Shown here piece by piece: positions 18,986 through 29,111 of a DNA stretch of 64,000 nucleotides. The translations under genes were made by a program, and so were the position numbers. Under the pieces are notes generated by a model that made no database searches, was not told the DNA's origin, and saw only the letters and a program-made list of their open reading frames with translations. Position 1 is the stretch's first letter; every line of letters starts with the position of its first letter. Origin of the DNA: Acidobacteriota bacterium (lineage in GTDB: Bacteria; Acidobacteriota; UBA6911; RPQK01; JAJDTT01); NCBI GenBank assembly GCA_965217775.1, contig CBDCJH010000002.1:1824001-1888000 (forward strand), in the 5' to 3' direction.

Positions 18986-21256
18986 GTGAGTCTATTCGGA
19001 GTCCCGAGAGAGGATCAAGATCCTCACCCGAGTCGGCGAGACCAGACGGTATACTCTCTGGCCATGCGCTGGGGCATGGCCTGGGCCCTGATCCTGCTCT
19101 CACTATGCCCGGCTCTGAGGGCCTTGGAGGGAAGACTTCTCTTCCCCGACGGAACGCCCGTGGCGGGGGCCCAGGTCATGATCCTGGATCAACCCGGCCA
19201 GAGCCGAACCGACCGGGAGGGGAGATTCCGCTGGTTTCCCGACCCTCCCGTGCCCTTCGAAGTTCGGGTCGAACTCCCGGGCGGTCACGACACGTTGCAC
19301 ATCGTGGTTCGGGAAGCGGTCCCGGAAGGGCCTCTCGAGATGGTGGTCCGGCCGCTTTTCCGAGAGGAAATGACGGTTACGGCCGGCAGCCCGACACGCA
19401 CCGGGACCACGCCGGCCAGCGCCCTGGACCTGGTGACTCATGAGGAGCTGGCTCAGAGCCGGCCCTCCCGGCTGATCGATGCGATCGAGGGAATCCCGGG
19501 CGTGGGCCGGATCTCGGCGGGTCACGCCGGCGTCCCCTCCATTCGGGGCTTGGCGCGGGGCCGGACGTTGATTCTTCTGGACGGCGCCAGGGTCATCTCG
19601 GAAAGGAGAGTCGGACCCAGCGCGTCGTACCTGGATCCCTTCTTCCTGGACCGGGTCGAAGTCGTTCGGGGGCCCGGCTCCGTCGCCTACGGATCCGACG
19701 CCTTCGGCGGCGTCATTCACGCCCTGACCCGGAGACCGAACCCGGAATCTGATTATGGAGCTCGATTCATGGGAAGCCTCGGTTACGGTATGCCCGAGCA
19801 GAACGCCGGTCTGGAGCTGAGCCGAAGTCTGGAATCGGGATCCGTCTTCTTTCTGGGAAGTCTCAGGAACTACGGCGACTACCGGAGTTCCGGAGTCACG
19901 GTGGACAATTCGTCCGCCCGCAACCGCTCGCTCCTGGCGGGCACCCAACTCCAAGTGGCAGGAGGAGAACTCTCCCTGGGATGGCAGACGGACCGGGGCC
20001 ACGATCTGGGCCGTCCCACCTTGCGGTCGCCCCAGATGCGAACCTTCTACCCGGAAGAGAGTTCCGACCGCATGAACGTCGCCTTCGAGTCGAAGCCCAT
20101 CGGCGGCTTCGAACAGATCCGGATCGAAGGGTCGACGGGCCGCTATGCCCTGATCACCGACCGGGAACGCCTCCCTTCACCGAACCGGGACCGCCAATTG
20201 CAGAGGTCCCGAATATCAGCCCGTCACTTCGACCTCCGCATGCAAGGCGTCGCCCCCCTGGAGTGGACCCGGCTGGAGTTGGGGTTCGACGTCAATGGCC
20301 GCTTCGGACTCCACTCCGAGAATACGACCCGCAGCTTCGATGCCGGGAATCAGCCCACCGGCACCCATGCCGGCGCCTCCATCGAGAACGCGAGCCGCAT
20401 CAACTTGGCTCCCTTCCTTTCCGCGGAGGTGACGGTCAACTCCTTTCTGTCCCTCTGGGCAGGCGGCCGCTGGGATCAGGTGTCCAGTTCCAGCCGCGGG
20501 TCTCTGGGAGACTTCAACAGGATCGGCCGGGCGCTCTCCGGCTATCTGGCGGTCGTCGCACGTCCCCTGCCCCCCCTCCAGCTCACGGCTCAGCTCTCCC
20601 GGGGCTTCCGGGAACCCACCCTTTCGGACCGCTATTTCCAGGGAGTCAGCGGCCGCGGCCTGGTTCACGGCAACCCCGACCTGGCGCCGGAAACCAGCCG
20701 GCAGTGGGACCTTTCGGCCCGCTGGTCCGGAAACGACTGGCGCTGGGACCTGTTCCTCTACCGCTACGAGATCCGCCAGTTGGTGGAGCGCTTCGAAGCC
20801 CAACCTCGCAGGTTCTTCTTTCGCAACCGCGGAGCGGCCCTCTTGAGTGGAGTGGAATTGGAGCTGCACCGCCATTTCGGAGAAGGGCTGTCCGTGGGCC
20901 TGGGAGGACACGCTGCCGGGGGCCGGACCCAAGTAGACGGGAACCCGCTGGACGACGTCCCCGCCCCCGCGCTCACGCTGATGGTCGGAAAAACTCTGGG
21001 TTCGCGGAGCCACCTCCGGCTCCATGGCCGGACCTTTGCCCGGGATTACAGAGCCGGCCCCACGGAGACCCCCACTCCGGGTTTCGGTACCTTGGATCTC
21101 TCCTGGAGCTGGCTGTTGGACTCACGGACCCAGCTCCGGTTCCTGGTCAGGAACCTCACCGACAAGGACTACCCGGCCAGCCCCGACCGCTGGTCCGTAC
21201 CGGCCCCGGGCCGCAGCCTGCTTCTGACCCTGATGTACAATCTCAATAATCGGTAA
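18986..21256 (+). CDS. TonB-dependent receptor
   Basis: N-terminal carboxypeptidase-like domain; plug RVEVVRGPGSVAYGSDAFGGVI; GNPDLAPETS. Start likely ATG ~19064-19077. Confidence 0.9.
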   Translation: MSLFGVPREDQDPHPSRRDQTVYSLAMRWGMAWALILLSLCPALRALEGRLLFPDGTPVAGAQVMILDQPGQSRTDREGRFRWFPDPPVPFEVRVELPGGHDTLHIVVREAVPEGPLEMVVRPLFREEMTVTAGSPTRTGTTPASALDLVTHEELAQSRPSRLIDAIEGIPGVGRISAGHAGVPSIRGLARGRTLILLDGARVISERRVGPSASYLDPFFLDRVEVVRGPGSVAYGSDAFGGVIHALTRRPNPESDYGARFMGSLGYGMPEQNAGLELSRSLESGSVFFLGSLRNYGDYRSSGVTVDNSSARNRSLLAGTQLQVAGGELSLGWQTDRGHDLGRPTLRSPQMRTFYPEESSDRMNVAFESKPIGGFEQIRIEGSTGRYALITDRERLPSPNRDRQLQRSRISARHFDLRMQGVAPLEWTRLELGFDVNGRFGLHSENTTRSFDAGNQPTGTHAGASIENASRINLAPFLSAEVTVNSFLSLWAGGRWDQVSSSSRGSLGDFNRIGRALSGYLAVVARPLPPLQLTAQLSRGFREPTLSDRYFQGVSGRGLVHGNPDLAPETSRQWDLSARWSGNDWRWDLFLYRYEIRQLVERFEAQPRRFFFRNRGAALLSGVELELHRHFGEGLSVGLGGHAAGGRTQVDGNPLDDVPAPALTLMVGKTLGSRSHLRLHGRTFARDYRAGPTETPTPGFGTLDLSWSWLLDSRTQLRFLVRNLTDKDYPASPDRWSVPAPGRSLLLTLMYNLNNR

Positions 21257-21401
21257 ACAAATATATAGAATTAAAGGAATGTTTTTGGATACACGTTCTT
21301 ATCCCGACTCCCTGCACCCGCGTCGGGGCGGCCTTTGTGGCCGGCCTTCCACCGGTTGTCGGGCTGGGCAAAGAGGATAATCGTAAAAGGGAGGAACCCC
21401 A

Positions 21402-22340
21402 ATGGCAGTCGACTCCATGCATCTTCGGGAAATGGCGCTCGAGGACCGGTCGGAAGTGGCCGAGCTCATCTACGCCTCCATCAACGCCTGGTACGGCCTT
21501 CGAGGCCTGGGCCAGCCCTTTCAAGGGTCGCCCAAGGTCACGGAGATCTTCCACGAGGTCTATTCGGCAACGGGTTCCAGCCGTTGCGTGGTGGCGGAAA
21601 ACGCCCGCACCGGGCGTCTCATGGGCTCCTGCTTCTACCATCCCCGAAAGACCCACGTGGGTCTCGGCATCATGACCGTGCATCCCAACTACTTCGGTTT
21701 CGGCGCCGGGAGCAAACTCCTGGAGTACATCTGCCGCTTCACCGACGGGAACGGGTACCAGGCCCTGCGCCTGACCCAGAGCGCCCTCAACCTGGACTCC
21801 TTCTCCCTCTACAACCGATACGGCTTCGTCCCTCGTCAGGCTTACCAGGACATGATCCTCCAGGTGCCCGAGTCCGGCCTGGATCACGAAGTGCCGGGAC
21901 TCGACCGGGTCCGGGACGCCACTCCGGACGACGTTCCGGCAATGGCGGCTCTGGAAATGGCGGTGAGCGGGGTGAGCCGGGAGGAGGACTATCGGCTCTG
22001 CATCAAGAACGAACTGGGTTTCTGGTCGGTCTCGGTCTACGAGGGGGCCGGCGGAAACATCGAAGGGTTCCTGGCTTCGTCGTCTCACCCGGCCTTCAAC
22101 ATGCTCGGGCCGGGCGTGATTCGAACGGAGCCGCAAGCGGCGGCCCTGATCCACACGGAACTGGACCGGCACCGTGGCCGGACGCCCGTCTTTCTGGTCC
22201 CTGTGGACCGGTACGGCCTCGTCCGACAGATGTACGACTGGGGCGCCCGCAATTGCGAACTCCACTTCTGCCAGATTCGAGGGCAATACCAGCCCTATCA
22301 AGGCATCAACATGCCGACGTTTCTCCTGGAAACCGCCTGA
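21402..22340 (+). CDS. GNAT family N-acetyltransferase
   Basis: Motif A TVHPNYFGFGAGSKLL and SLYNRYGF; RBS GGAGG. Confidence 0.82.
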   Translation: MAVDSMHLREMALEDRSEVAELIYASINAWYGLRGLGQPFQGSPKVTEIFHEVYSATGSSRCVVAENARTGRLMGSCFYHPRKTHVGLGIMTVHPNYFGFGAGSKLLEYICRFTDGNGYQALRLTQSALNLDSFSLYNRYGFVPRQAYQDMILQVPESGLDHEVPGLDRVRDATPDDVPAMAALEMAVSGVSREEDYRLCIKNELGFWSVSVYEGAGGNIEGFLASSSHPAFNMLGPGVIRTEPQAAALIHTELDRHRGRTPVFLVPVDRYGLVRQMYDWGARNCELHFCQIRGQYQPYQGINMPTFLLETA

Positions 22341-22412
22341 GTCGAACCGGTCGCCCACGGCCACATCCACTTAATCTGCCTATCGCGCGCAGGCGTTAAT
22401 TTCTTCGCCGGA

Positions 22413-22500
22413 GCGGTGGCTTTCCAGCCGCCGACTCTTCGTCTGGTCACGTCTTGCTCCGCCTTGGACCGAAGAGGGCGCCCACAAGGGGCGCCCCTAC
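22413..22500. repeat. REP-like palindromes
   Basis: CGGTGGCTTTCCAGCCGCCG, and GTAG-type GTAGGGGCGCCCCTTGTGGGCGCCC on the minus strand. Confidence 0.6.
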
Positions 22501-22796
22501 TTGTTGCCGTCTTGGTTTCCGAGACGAATAACGGTCCCACTATTTGAACCGGAACAGATTTGCTTTGCCATTGCGAAAAGGACGACTGTCCAGCCGTTCG
22601 TGCACCGGATCCAAACTGGCGACAGGAAGCGCCGGCCCTGGGCCAGCAACGCGCACGATCGTCTCCTTCGTGAGGGAAGCCGTAAGGCGCAACTCGGGAG
22701 ACGGCAGTTGCAGGTCGAGGCGAACATGCGCTCACCGAACCCTCCAAGCAAGCGGGAACGCGCCATATCCACCGAGCACCCACTCCAGAACGGATT

Positions 22797-23252
22797 ATGA
22801 GTCCGAGCATGGGAACGTCCGACGCCGGCAGGCCAGACGGAAACCGATTTTTCGAAGAGCTGTCCGGAAACGCCTTCGGTGGCGTGACCTCTGCGGTCGT
22901 GGCGTTGCCCATGGCGCTGACCTTCGGCGTGGCGTCGGGGTTGGGACCCGTGGCCGGAATCTATGGCGCGGTCGCGGTCGGGTGCTTTGCCGCCGTGTTC
23001 GGCGGGACACCCTCGTAGATCTCCGGTCCGACGGGTCCGATGACGGTCGCCATGGCGACCGTCGTCACGCTGCATGCCGACAACCTTGCGAACGCGTTCA
23101 CCATCGTCATGGGTCTCAGAGGCGAGGTCGCCGCCGTGCTGCGCTCCCTCATGGTCCTCCGGGAAATCCCCGAGGAGCACTTCGCGGACAGCTTGGACGA
23201 AGTGATCAGCCTTTCCAAACGCAGCTTGGACGAGCGCAGGACCACGGCTTGA
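22797..23252 (+). pseudogene. SulP anion transporter pseudogene
   Basis: GGVTSAVVALPMALTFGVASG...FGGTPS*ISGPTGPMTV with in-frame TAG at 23016, then a large internal deletion joining to a STAS-like end. Confidence 0.85.
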
Positions 23253-23448
23253 ACCCTCGATTGTCCGGAGAGAGCTTCAGCTCTCGACAGGCTCCATTTC
23301 CGCACACTGTTGCGCTAACCGTTCCCCGGTCCGGCCGCGGCGTGGTGCCTTTGCGGCGGACTGTGAATCGTCATCCCTGTTAAGCTTTCTGTCCGGAGTA
23401 CGCACTGCAGGAGAAGACCCTGCAACCGCCCTCGCCTCGGCATGACCC

Positions 23449-24150
23449 ATGGAAGGCAAACTGACCGTCGTCATTCCCGTCTACAACGAATGCGGCACGG
23501 TGGAGGATATCCTGAAACGGGTCGCCAAGGCGCCCCTGAGAAAAGAGGTCATCGTCGTGGACGACGGTTCCGATGACGGGTCCCGCGAGATCCTGGAACG
23601 CCTCTCGGGGATTGCCGGCCCCCCGGATGAACTCCGAATCTTCTTCCACGCACAGAATCGGGGCAAGGGAGCCGCGGTTCGGACCGGGATCGCTCGAGCC
23701 ACCGGAGATTGGATCCTGATCCAGGACGCCGACCTGGAATACGATCCCCGCGACTACCCGCTGCTGCTGGCCCCGCTCCTGGACGGCCGCGCCGACGTGG
23801 TCTACGGCAGCCGCTTCCTGGGTGGCGCCGGTCAGACTCGCTATTTCCAGCACTACCTGGCGAACCGTTTCCTGACGTTCGTGACCAACCTGTTGACGAA
23901 CCAGAACCTGTCGGACATGGAGACCGGCTACAAGGTCTTTCGCAGGCAGGTCCTGGACGGCATCCGGCTCCGGTCGAACCGCTTCGAGTTCGAACCCGAG
24001 ATCACGGCCAAGGTGGCGCGCAGAGGCTATCGAATCCACGAGACTCCCATCTCCTACAACAGCCGCTCCTACCAGGAGGGGAAGAAAATCACCTGGGTCG
24101 ACGGCCTCAAGGCGCTGTGGGCCTTGTTCCGCTATCGATTTTTCGACTAG
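23449..24150 (+). CDS. Glycosyltransferase family 2 (DPM1-like)
   Basis: VIPVYNE, VDDGSDD, NRGKGAAV, QDADLEYDP, VYGSRF. Confidence 0.93.
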   Translation: MEGKLTVVIPVYNECGTVEDILKRVAKAPLRKEVIVVDDGSDDGSREILERLSGIAGPPDELRIFFHAQNRGKGAAVRTGIARATGDWILIQDADLEYDPRDYPLLLAPLLDGRADVVYGSRFLGGAGQTRYFQHYLANRFLTFVTNLLTNQNLSDMETGYKVFRRQVLDGIRLRSNRFEFEPEITAKVARRGYRIHETPISYNSRSYQEGKKITWVDGLKALWALFRYRFFD

Positions 24151-24283
24151 CCCGCATTTCTCACCAGGTCGCTACGCGTATGATGAAAAATAATCTGTTT
24201 TTGAGCATTTACGCGGAATTTTCCAAGATTTCTCCGGGACAGACTGCGCGCTCGTCACGCCCCCTTCTGAGAAATGCGGGTTA
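24148..24283. mobile_element. MITE family B copy (short form)
   Basis: TA-GCCCGCATTTCTCACCAGG...TGAGAAATGCGGGT-TA; body homologous to the 17411 copy without the hairpin insert. Confidence 0.8.
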
Positions 24284-24451
24284 CGAGGACTTCACCCATT
24301 TGGGGGAACTCCTGAACCAATACGAAGGACCGAAGTTCCGTCCTTCGGCCTGTGACTTTGGATCTGGGGGCGAAACCGGCTTCAGGCATCACCTCCTGCC
24401 CGGTAAGACTACGTCAGCGTAGATTCGAAAAGGCAGACGCTCGCCAGTCGG

Positions 24452-27061
24452 CTATTCGCGGCGGGTCCAGGTTTCGAAGTTCCAGAGCTCCGAATCCCAG
24501 GCGTTCATCCAGACCCCCTCGATGTCGTTGGAGTGGGCCGAAACGTTCCCGCGGTGAATCAGCGGGATGATGGAGTAGCTCCGGATCAGCAGGTCGTTGA
24601 GCTCGACGGTGAGCTCGTCGCGCCGATCCTTGCCGACCGTGCTCCGGAGTTCGGCATAAAGCCGATCATATTCGTCCGATTGGAAGCGCTGGACGTTCGA
24701 ACCACGGAACGAGTTGGACGCTCCGGCAATCTGGGACGTGACCCACGACCCCAGATAGCCTTCGGGGTCCGGGGCGCCCGCCCCGTCGGCAAACATTTGG
24801 ACATCGGCATAAAACCGGCCCAAGGTATCGGGGTTGTCCGGGTCGCCGCCGAAAAAAACCGACGGACTGATGTCCTTCAGCTCGGTCTCGACGCCGATTT
24901 CCGCCCACCAGCCCTTGATGTGCTCCTGGGTCGTCTGCCGCACCGAGTTCGTCGAGGTCTGATACGAGATCTTCAGCGGTACCCCTTCCCGCTCCCGCAC
25001 CCCGTCGCCGTCCGAATCCACGATTCCCGCGTCGTCCAGAATCCGGTTCGCGAGATCGATGTTCCGGACGAGGCATTCGTCGTTGCTGGTCGAGGTCTGG
25101 GCTGATGAGCCGAGCCAGACGTTGCAAGTCGCCCGGCCGGACTCGCCATAACCGACCCGGACCAAGGTGTCGCGGTCGATGGCGAGAGAGAGCGCCCGCC
25201 CCACGACCGGATCGGTCAGGAACGGGTGCGGGTTCGTACCGTCTGCGTACTCCGAACGAAGTTCCCCCAGACTGGGGTCCGGGTTCGTCTGGTTGACCGA
25301 AAGGCGCTCGACCAGCGTGGCGAACGCCGAGACGACGGTTCCGCCGCCTCCCTCGGCCAGGGAAGCGAGGACGTCCGGTTCGACTTGGAGATTCCAGGCA
25401 TAGTCGGCTTCGTTGAGCTCCAGGACGGACCTCGCCGCCGCGGCTGCGCTGCCGCCCCCCTGCAGCATCACCTCGCCGAAATGCGGAACACCGTAGTCGA
25501 CGCCGCGGTAGAGCGGATTGAACTCGTAGCGGACGGCTCCGGTGGTGCTGAAATCGGCCACGGCGTACGGACCCGTGCCGATGGGCCCCTCGTTGGCATC
25601 CGTACAACCGGTCGCCGCCGCGCCCAGGCAGTCAGCGAACTGCGAGGCCTGGAGGATCGGACTGAACAAGGACACGAATGGAGCATACGGGAACGACGTC
25701 GGTCCATCGAAAGTGATGGTGACGGTCCGGTCGTCGACGGCATCCACGGAGGACACGTTTGCAAAGGCCTTCGTCTGGATGCAGCCGGCGTCCGGCGCGG
25801 TGCAGTATTGCCATGTGAACACGACGTCGCCGGCGGTAAGGGGCGTGCCGTCGGACCACACGATATCCTCCCGAAGGGTCCACGTGATCCGGGTCCGGTC
25901 GGCGGAGATACCCTGGTTGGCGAGTGTCGGGATCCGCGTCGCCAGAACCGGGACCAATTCGCCGTTGGGGTTGTACTCGGCCAACGGCTCGATGACCAGC
26001 GATGCCGCCTCCCCATCCTTGTTGCCCGACGAAAGATACGGGTTGAGGATTGTCGGCGCCTGCCAATAGCGGAGCGTCGCAGTTCCACCCTGACCTGCGG
26101 CATCCGCGAAATAGCCGGCACCGATAAGAATCGGCAGCCCGTAGGAAACCACCCTCTTGACGAAAACCACCTTCCGCCGCTTCGTCTGAGTGGCGGGATT
26201 GAGGGATTTGTAGTAAAGGAAAGTCTCGCCGAAAGCTTGCGCCACACTCACATCGTCCCGGTCGCTGAGCGACGTCAACTCGGATCCGGCGAGGTCTATC
26301 TCCTCCTGGGAGGAATCCCCGCTGAACAGAGTGTTGCCCTGCCTGTCCAAACCGAAGACATAGACCGACTTGTGCGTCCATCGCGGGTCGCCCGACAGGG
26401 TGATGGCAGCGAAGAACCCGTTCGCTTCCAACTCCAGCGCGGCACAACGGACGAAATGCTGAAGTTTGTCTGCAGAAGGATCGGCGACCATATCCATGGC
26501 GTTGACGTCTTCCGGCCTGCAGGTGCCGGGGAGATCGGGCCGATAGACCCCGGCGCCGATCGCGGCCGGAGTCCCGTCCCAATCGATGGACCTGAAATAC
26601 GAAGCCTTCGGGTCTTTGCTGCCCGTCGCCGGGTTGATGGTGGAATAGTAGAGCCAGCCGTCGCCGTAACCTTTCACGATCCGATGCAATTCCACGGAGT
26701 AATCGTGTCCGAAGATGTCCATCAGCGGTCCCCATTCCGCCCCTTCCTGTGCCGGGTCAGGAGGGAAAACCAGGGATCGAGACATCGCCGGGTCGGGCGC
26801 TATATCGGTGACGACGACGTAGATTTCGGCGCTTCTCCAGCGGGCATCCTCATGGAACGCCCGCCGGGCTTCCTCGAAGCCCATTTCCTGGACGTACTCG
26901 TAGGCACATTGAACGAACGCTTGAACGTCCTCCATGGTGCGGATGGCGTCGGCCACGACGGACTTGTCCGAACAGGGCAGAGGTTCAGCATCAACATCAG
27001 TCAGGATGGCGAACTGGAGAATCAGGGGAAGGAATAATCGGGGGGGAGTCCCTTTGATCAT
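24452..27061 (-). CDS. Fusion of two Cache-like domains with a family-5 peptide ABC substrate-binding domain
   Basis: Two repeats of FVxCA..YVF..YY..NPATG..K..YF..IGAGxY, then YWQAPTILNPYLS, WSDGTPLTAGDV, PIGTGPY. Confidence 0.8.
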   Translation of the reverse strand: MIKGTPPRLFLPLILQFAILTDVDAEPLPCSDKSVVADAIRTMEDVQAFVQCAYEYVQEMGFEEARRAFHEDARWRSAEIYVVVTDIAPDPAMSRSLVFPPDPAQEGAEWGPLMDIFGHDYSVELHRIVKGYGDGWLYYSTINPATGSKDPKASYFRSIDWDGTPAAIGAGVYRPDLPGTCRPEDVNAMDMVADPSADKLQHFVRCAALELEANGFFAAITLSGDPRWTHKSVYVFGLDRQGNTLFSGDSSQEEIDLAGSELTSLSDRDDVSVAQAFGETFLYYKSLNPATQTKRRKVVFVKRVVSYGLPILIGAGYFADAAGQGGTATLRYWQAPTILNPYLSSGNKDGEAASLVIEPLAEYNPNGELVPVLATRIPTLANQGISADRTRITWTLREDIVWSDGTPLTAGDVVFTWQYCTAPDAGCIQTKAFANVSSVDAVDDRTVTITFDGPTSFPYAPFVSLFSPILQASQFADCLGAAATGCTDANEGPIGTGPYAVADFSTTGAVRYEFNPLYRGVDYGVPHFGEVMLQGGGSAAAAARSVLELNEADYAWNLQVEPDVLASLAEGGGGTVVSAFATLVERLSVNQTNPDPSLGELRSEYADGTNPHPFLTDPVVGRALSLAIDRDTLVRVGYGESGRATCNVWLGSSAQTSTSNDECLVRNIDLANRILDDAGIVDSDGDGVREREGVPLKISYQTSTNSVRQTTQEHIKGWWAEIGVETELKDISPSVFFGGDPDNPDTLGRFYADVQMFADGAGAPDPEGYLGSWVTSQIAGASNSFRGSNVQRFQSDEYDRLYAELRSTVGKDRRDELTVELNDLLIRSYSIIPLIHRGNVSAHSNDIEGVWMNAWDSELWNFETWTRRE

Positions 27062-27189
27062 TTGAATGACAGACTACCATGCGTCGATGTGTTATCAACA
27101 TTACCGTTTCCAGGTAAATCTCCCACTTCTACAGCTACGGTGGGATGGGTGCAGCGCCGGACGGAACGCTCGCGAAAGGAGCCTGAATC

Positions 27190-27990
27190 GTGAATCTGGA
27201 GAAGATCCTGATGCATCTGAAACTGGACGGTTTCTGCGTGGTGGAAGGGGTTATTCCCCCGGAGGACGTCCCGACCATTCGACGTGAGGTCGAGGCAGTC
27301 ATGGCGGCGGAGGGTTCGGCCGACACCTATGAGGGTGTGAGCAGCGCCTTCGACGTGCTGGATTCCATCCCCGCTTTCGTGCCTTATCTGGCGGATGAGA
27401 CGGTCATGGACGTGGCCCGCGAATGGTTCGGCGGGCACATGCGGATCTCCTATACCGGCAGCATGATCACCGAACCGGGAAACGATCGGGGCCGCTGGCA
27501 CGCGGACTGGCCCTACAACCAGGAGAAGGCCGCGCATGTCCCGGCTCCCTACCCCGATTACCCGTTCCAGCTCTCCTCCATCTGGATGATTTCCGAGTTC
27601 ACCGACGAAAACGGCGGCACCTGGATCGTCCCCGGCAGTCACCGGACGTCCGACAACCCCACCGGCGACATCGGGGTTCCCCGGTTCGAACCCTATCCCA
27701 CCGAGAGGCATGCCACCGGACCGGCCGGCAGCGTCTTCCTCTTCGACAGCCGGCTCTGGCACGCCACGGCCAGCAACGAGAGCAACGGACGCCGCATCAG
27801 CATGATCGTGCGTTACATTCCCTGGTGGCTGGACATCCGGGTCCTGATGCCGGGAACCCGGGCGCGCCGAACCATGGTGGACGAGCCGGGCTTGTTGGAG
27901 AACGAGATCCCGCCGGTACAGCCGGACGTGTACGAACGCCTGCCGGAATCGGTGAAGCCCCTTTATCGCCATTGGGTCAGGAGTTCCTGA
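27190..27990 (+). CDS. PhyH-family dioxygenase
   Basis: WHADWP, NGGTWIVPGSH, FDSRLWH. Confidence 0.88.
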   Translation: MNLEKILMHLKLDGFCVVEGVIPPEDVPTIRREVEAVMAAEGSADTYEGVSSAFDVLDSIPAFVPYLADETVMDVAREWFGGHMRISYTGSMITEPGNDRGRWHADWPYNQEKAAHVPAPYPDYPFQLSSIWMISEFTDENGGTWIVPGSHRTSDNPTGDIGVPRFEPYPTERHATGPAGSVFLFDSRLWHATASNESNGRRISMIVRYIPWWLDIRVLMPGTRARRTMVDEPGLLENEIPPVQPDVYERLPESVKPLYRHWVRSS

Positions 27991-28035
27991 AGCTTTCCTC
28001 GAATCTGTCTGACCTGAGGACGAGTCCAACCGGCC

Positions 28036-28839
28036 ATGAACATGCATCGAGCGGCGGATACGCCGAGCTCCTTTCGGGAACGGTGGAACGGCTGGCTCAA
28101 TTTTCCCCTGGCCGGCTCCCTGATTCCCTTCTCCTACCAATTCCCTCCCCTGGATCGCCTGGTGGACGCAGTCCGCCGGGATGAGGAGGTCTGGATCCTG
28201 AGCGGGAAACGGGGAGACCGAATGGACGAGACCGACATCTCGCGGCGCTTCCGGTCCCTCCCCATCGAGGAAGCCCTGGATTCTCCATTCCAGATGTCCC
28301 ATTTCGACCTTTCCCGGTTTCAGGGACCGGGCGAACTTCTGGAGGGATTGGAAGAGCAGGTGATGACTCCTTGGAAGCGGTTCCTGCGCTCGGCCGGCTT
28401 CACCTGGCGGCGCTGCTTCCCCATCCTCTTCATCTCGGGTCCCGGCTGCGCCACCAACTACCACATGGACCTCTCCCACGTCCTGGCCTGGCAGATCTAC
28501 GGGACCAAGCACTTCCATGGCCTGTCCGAGCCCAGCCGCTGGGCTCCCCTGGACGAGGTGGTCCGGGAAACCCGCCGGGAGGAACTGTCCAAGCCGTGCG
28601 GTCTCCAGCCGCGTGATGTCCTCACCTTCTTCATGAAACCGGGGGACTGCCTATGGAACCAGCTCCTGACGCCTCATTGGGTGGAAGCGAGTTCGGAGAC
28701 GGCCGTGAGCCTGAACCTTTCCCACGGAGGCCTGCGCTACCAGGGTCGCCTCGCGCCCCAGGAGCAGGCCCTGGAGGAGTGGTGGCAAACCCATCCCGAA
28801 GAGGTCTGGCTGGGGCCGCCGCATCTGCGTGAGGAGTAG
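28036..28839 (+). CDS. JmjC/cupin-like protein
   Basis: TNYHMD, WQIYGTK, MKPGD..W....PHWV (HxD...H triad). Confidence 0.7.
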   Translation: MNMHRAADTPSSFRERWNGWLNFPLAGSLIPFSYQFPPLDRLVDAVRRDEEVWILSGKRGDRMDETDISRRFRSLPIEEALDSPFQMSHFDLSRFQGPGELLEGLEEQVMTPWKRFLRSAGFTWRRCFPILFISGPGCATNYHMDLSHVLAWQIYGTKHFHGLSEPSRWAPLDEVVRETRREELSKPCGLQPRDVLTFFMKPGDCLWNQLLTPHWVEASSETAVSLNLSHGGLRYQGRLAPQEQALEEWWQTHPEEVWLGPPHLREE

Positions 28840-28840
28840 G

Positions 28841-28968
28841 AAGGGCGATTTCCAGTCGCCCACCAGGAGGGGCGATTTCCAGTCGCCCTCCGGGAGGGGC
28901 GATTTCTAGTCGCCCTCCGGGAGGGGCGATTTCTAGTCGCCCACTGGAGGGGCGATTTCTAGTCGCCC
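28841..28968. repeat. Five tandem 26-27-bp REP-like palindromes
   Basis: Unit AGGGGCGATTTCYAGTCGCCC plus a 5-6 nt linker. Confidence 0.9.
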
Positions 28969-29007
28969 AGTCGCGCTTGTTTCGCACTAACTTTGGAGGT
29001 CGGCTGC

Positions 29008-29087
29008 GCGGCGGTTGGAAAACGCCGTTTTCTCGGGGCGGCTAGAAACCGCCGCTCCTGTTCGGCGGCTGGAAACCGCCGCTCCTG
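29008..29087. repeat. Three REP-like palindromes
   Basis: GGCGGYTRGAAAMCGCCG units, reverse-complement relatives of the 7586 type. Confidence 0.75.
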
Positions 29088-29111
29088 TCCGGAGGAGACG
29101 ATCCGTCTAGA

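Noticed and set aside
23016-23018. In-frame TAG in SulP as pyrrolysine or readthrough
   Set aside because: The position fits a CAG>TAG (Gln) change, and the gene also has a large deletion, so it is a pseudogene.
28841-28968. Possible CRISPR array
   Set aside because: Linkers are only 5-6 nt and near-identical, and no cas genes are present; these are tandem palindromes.
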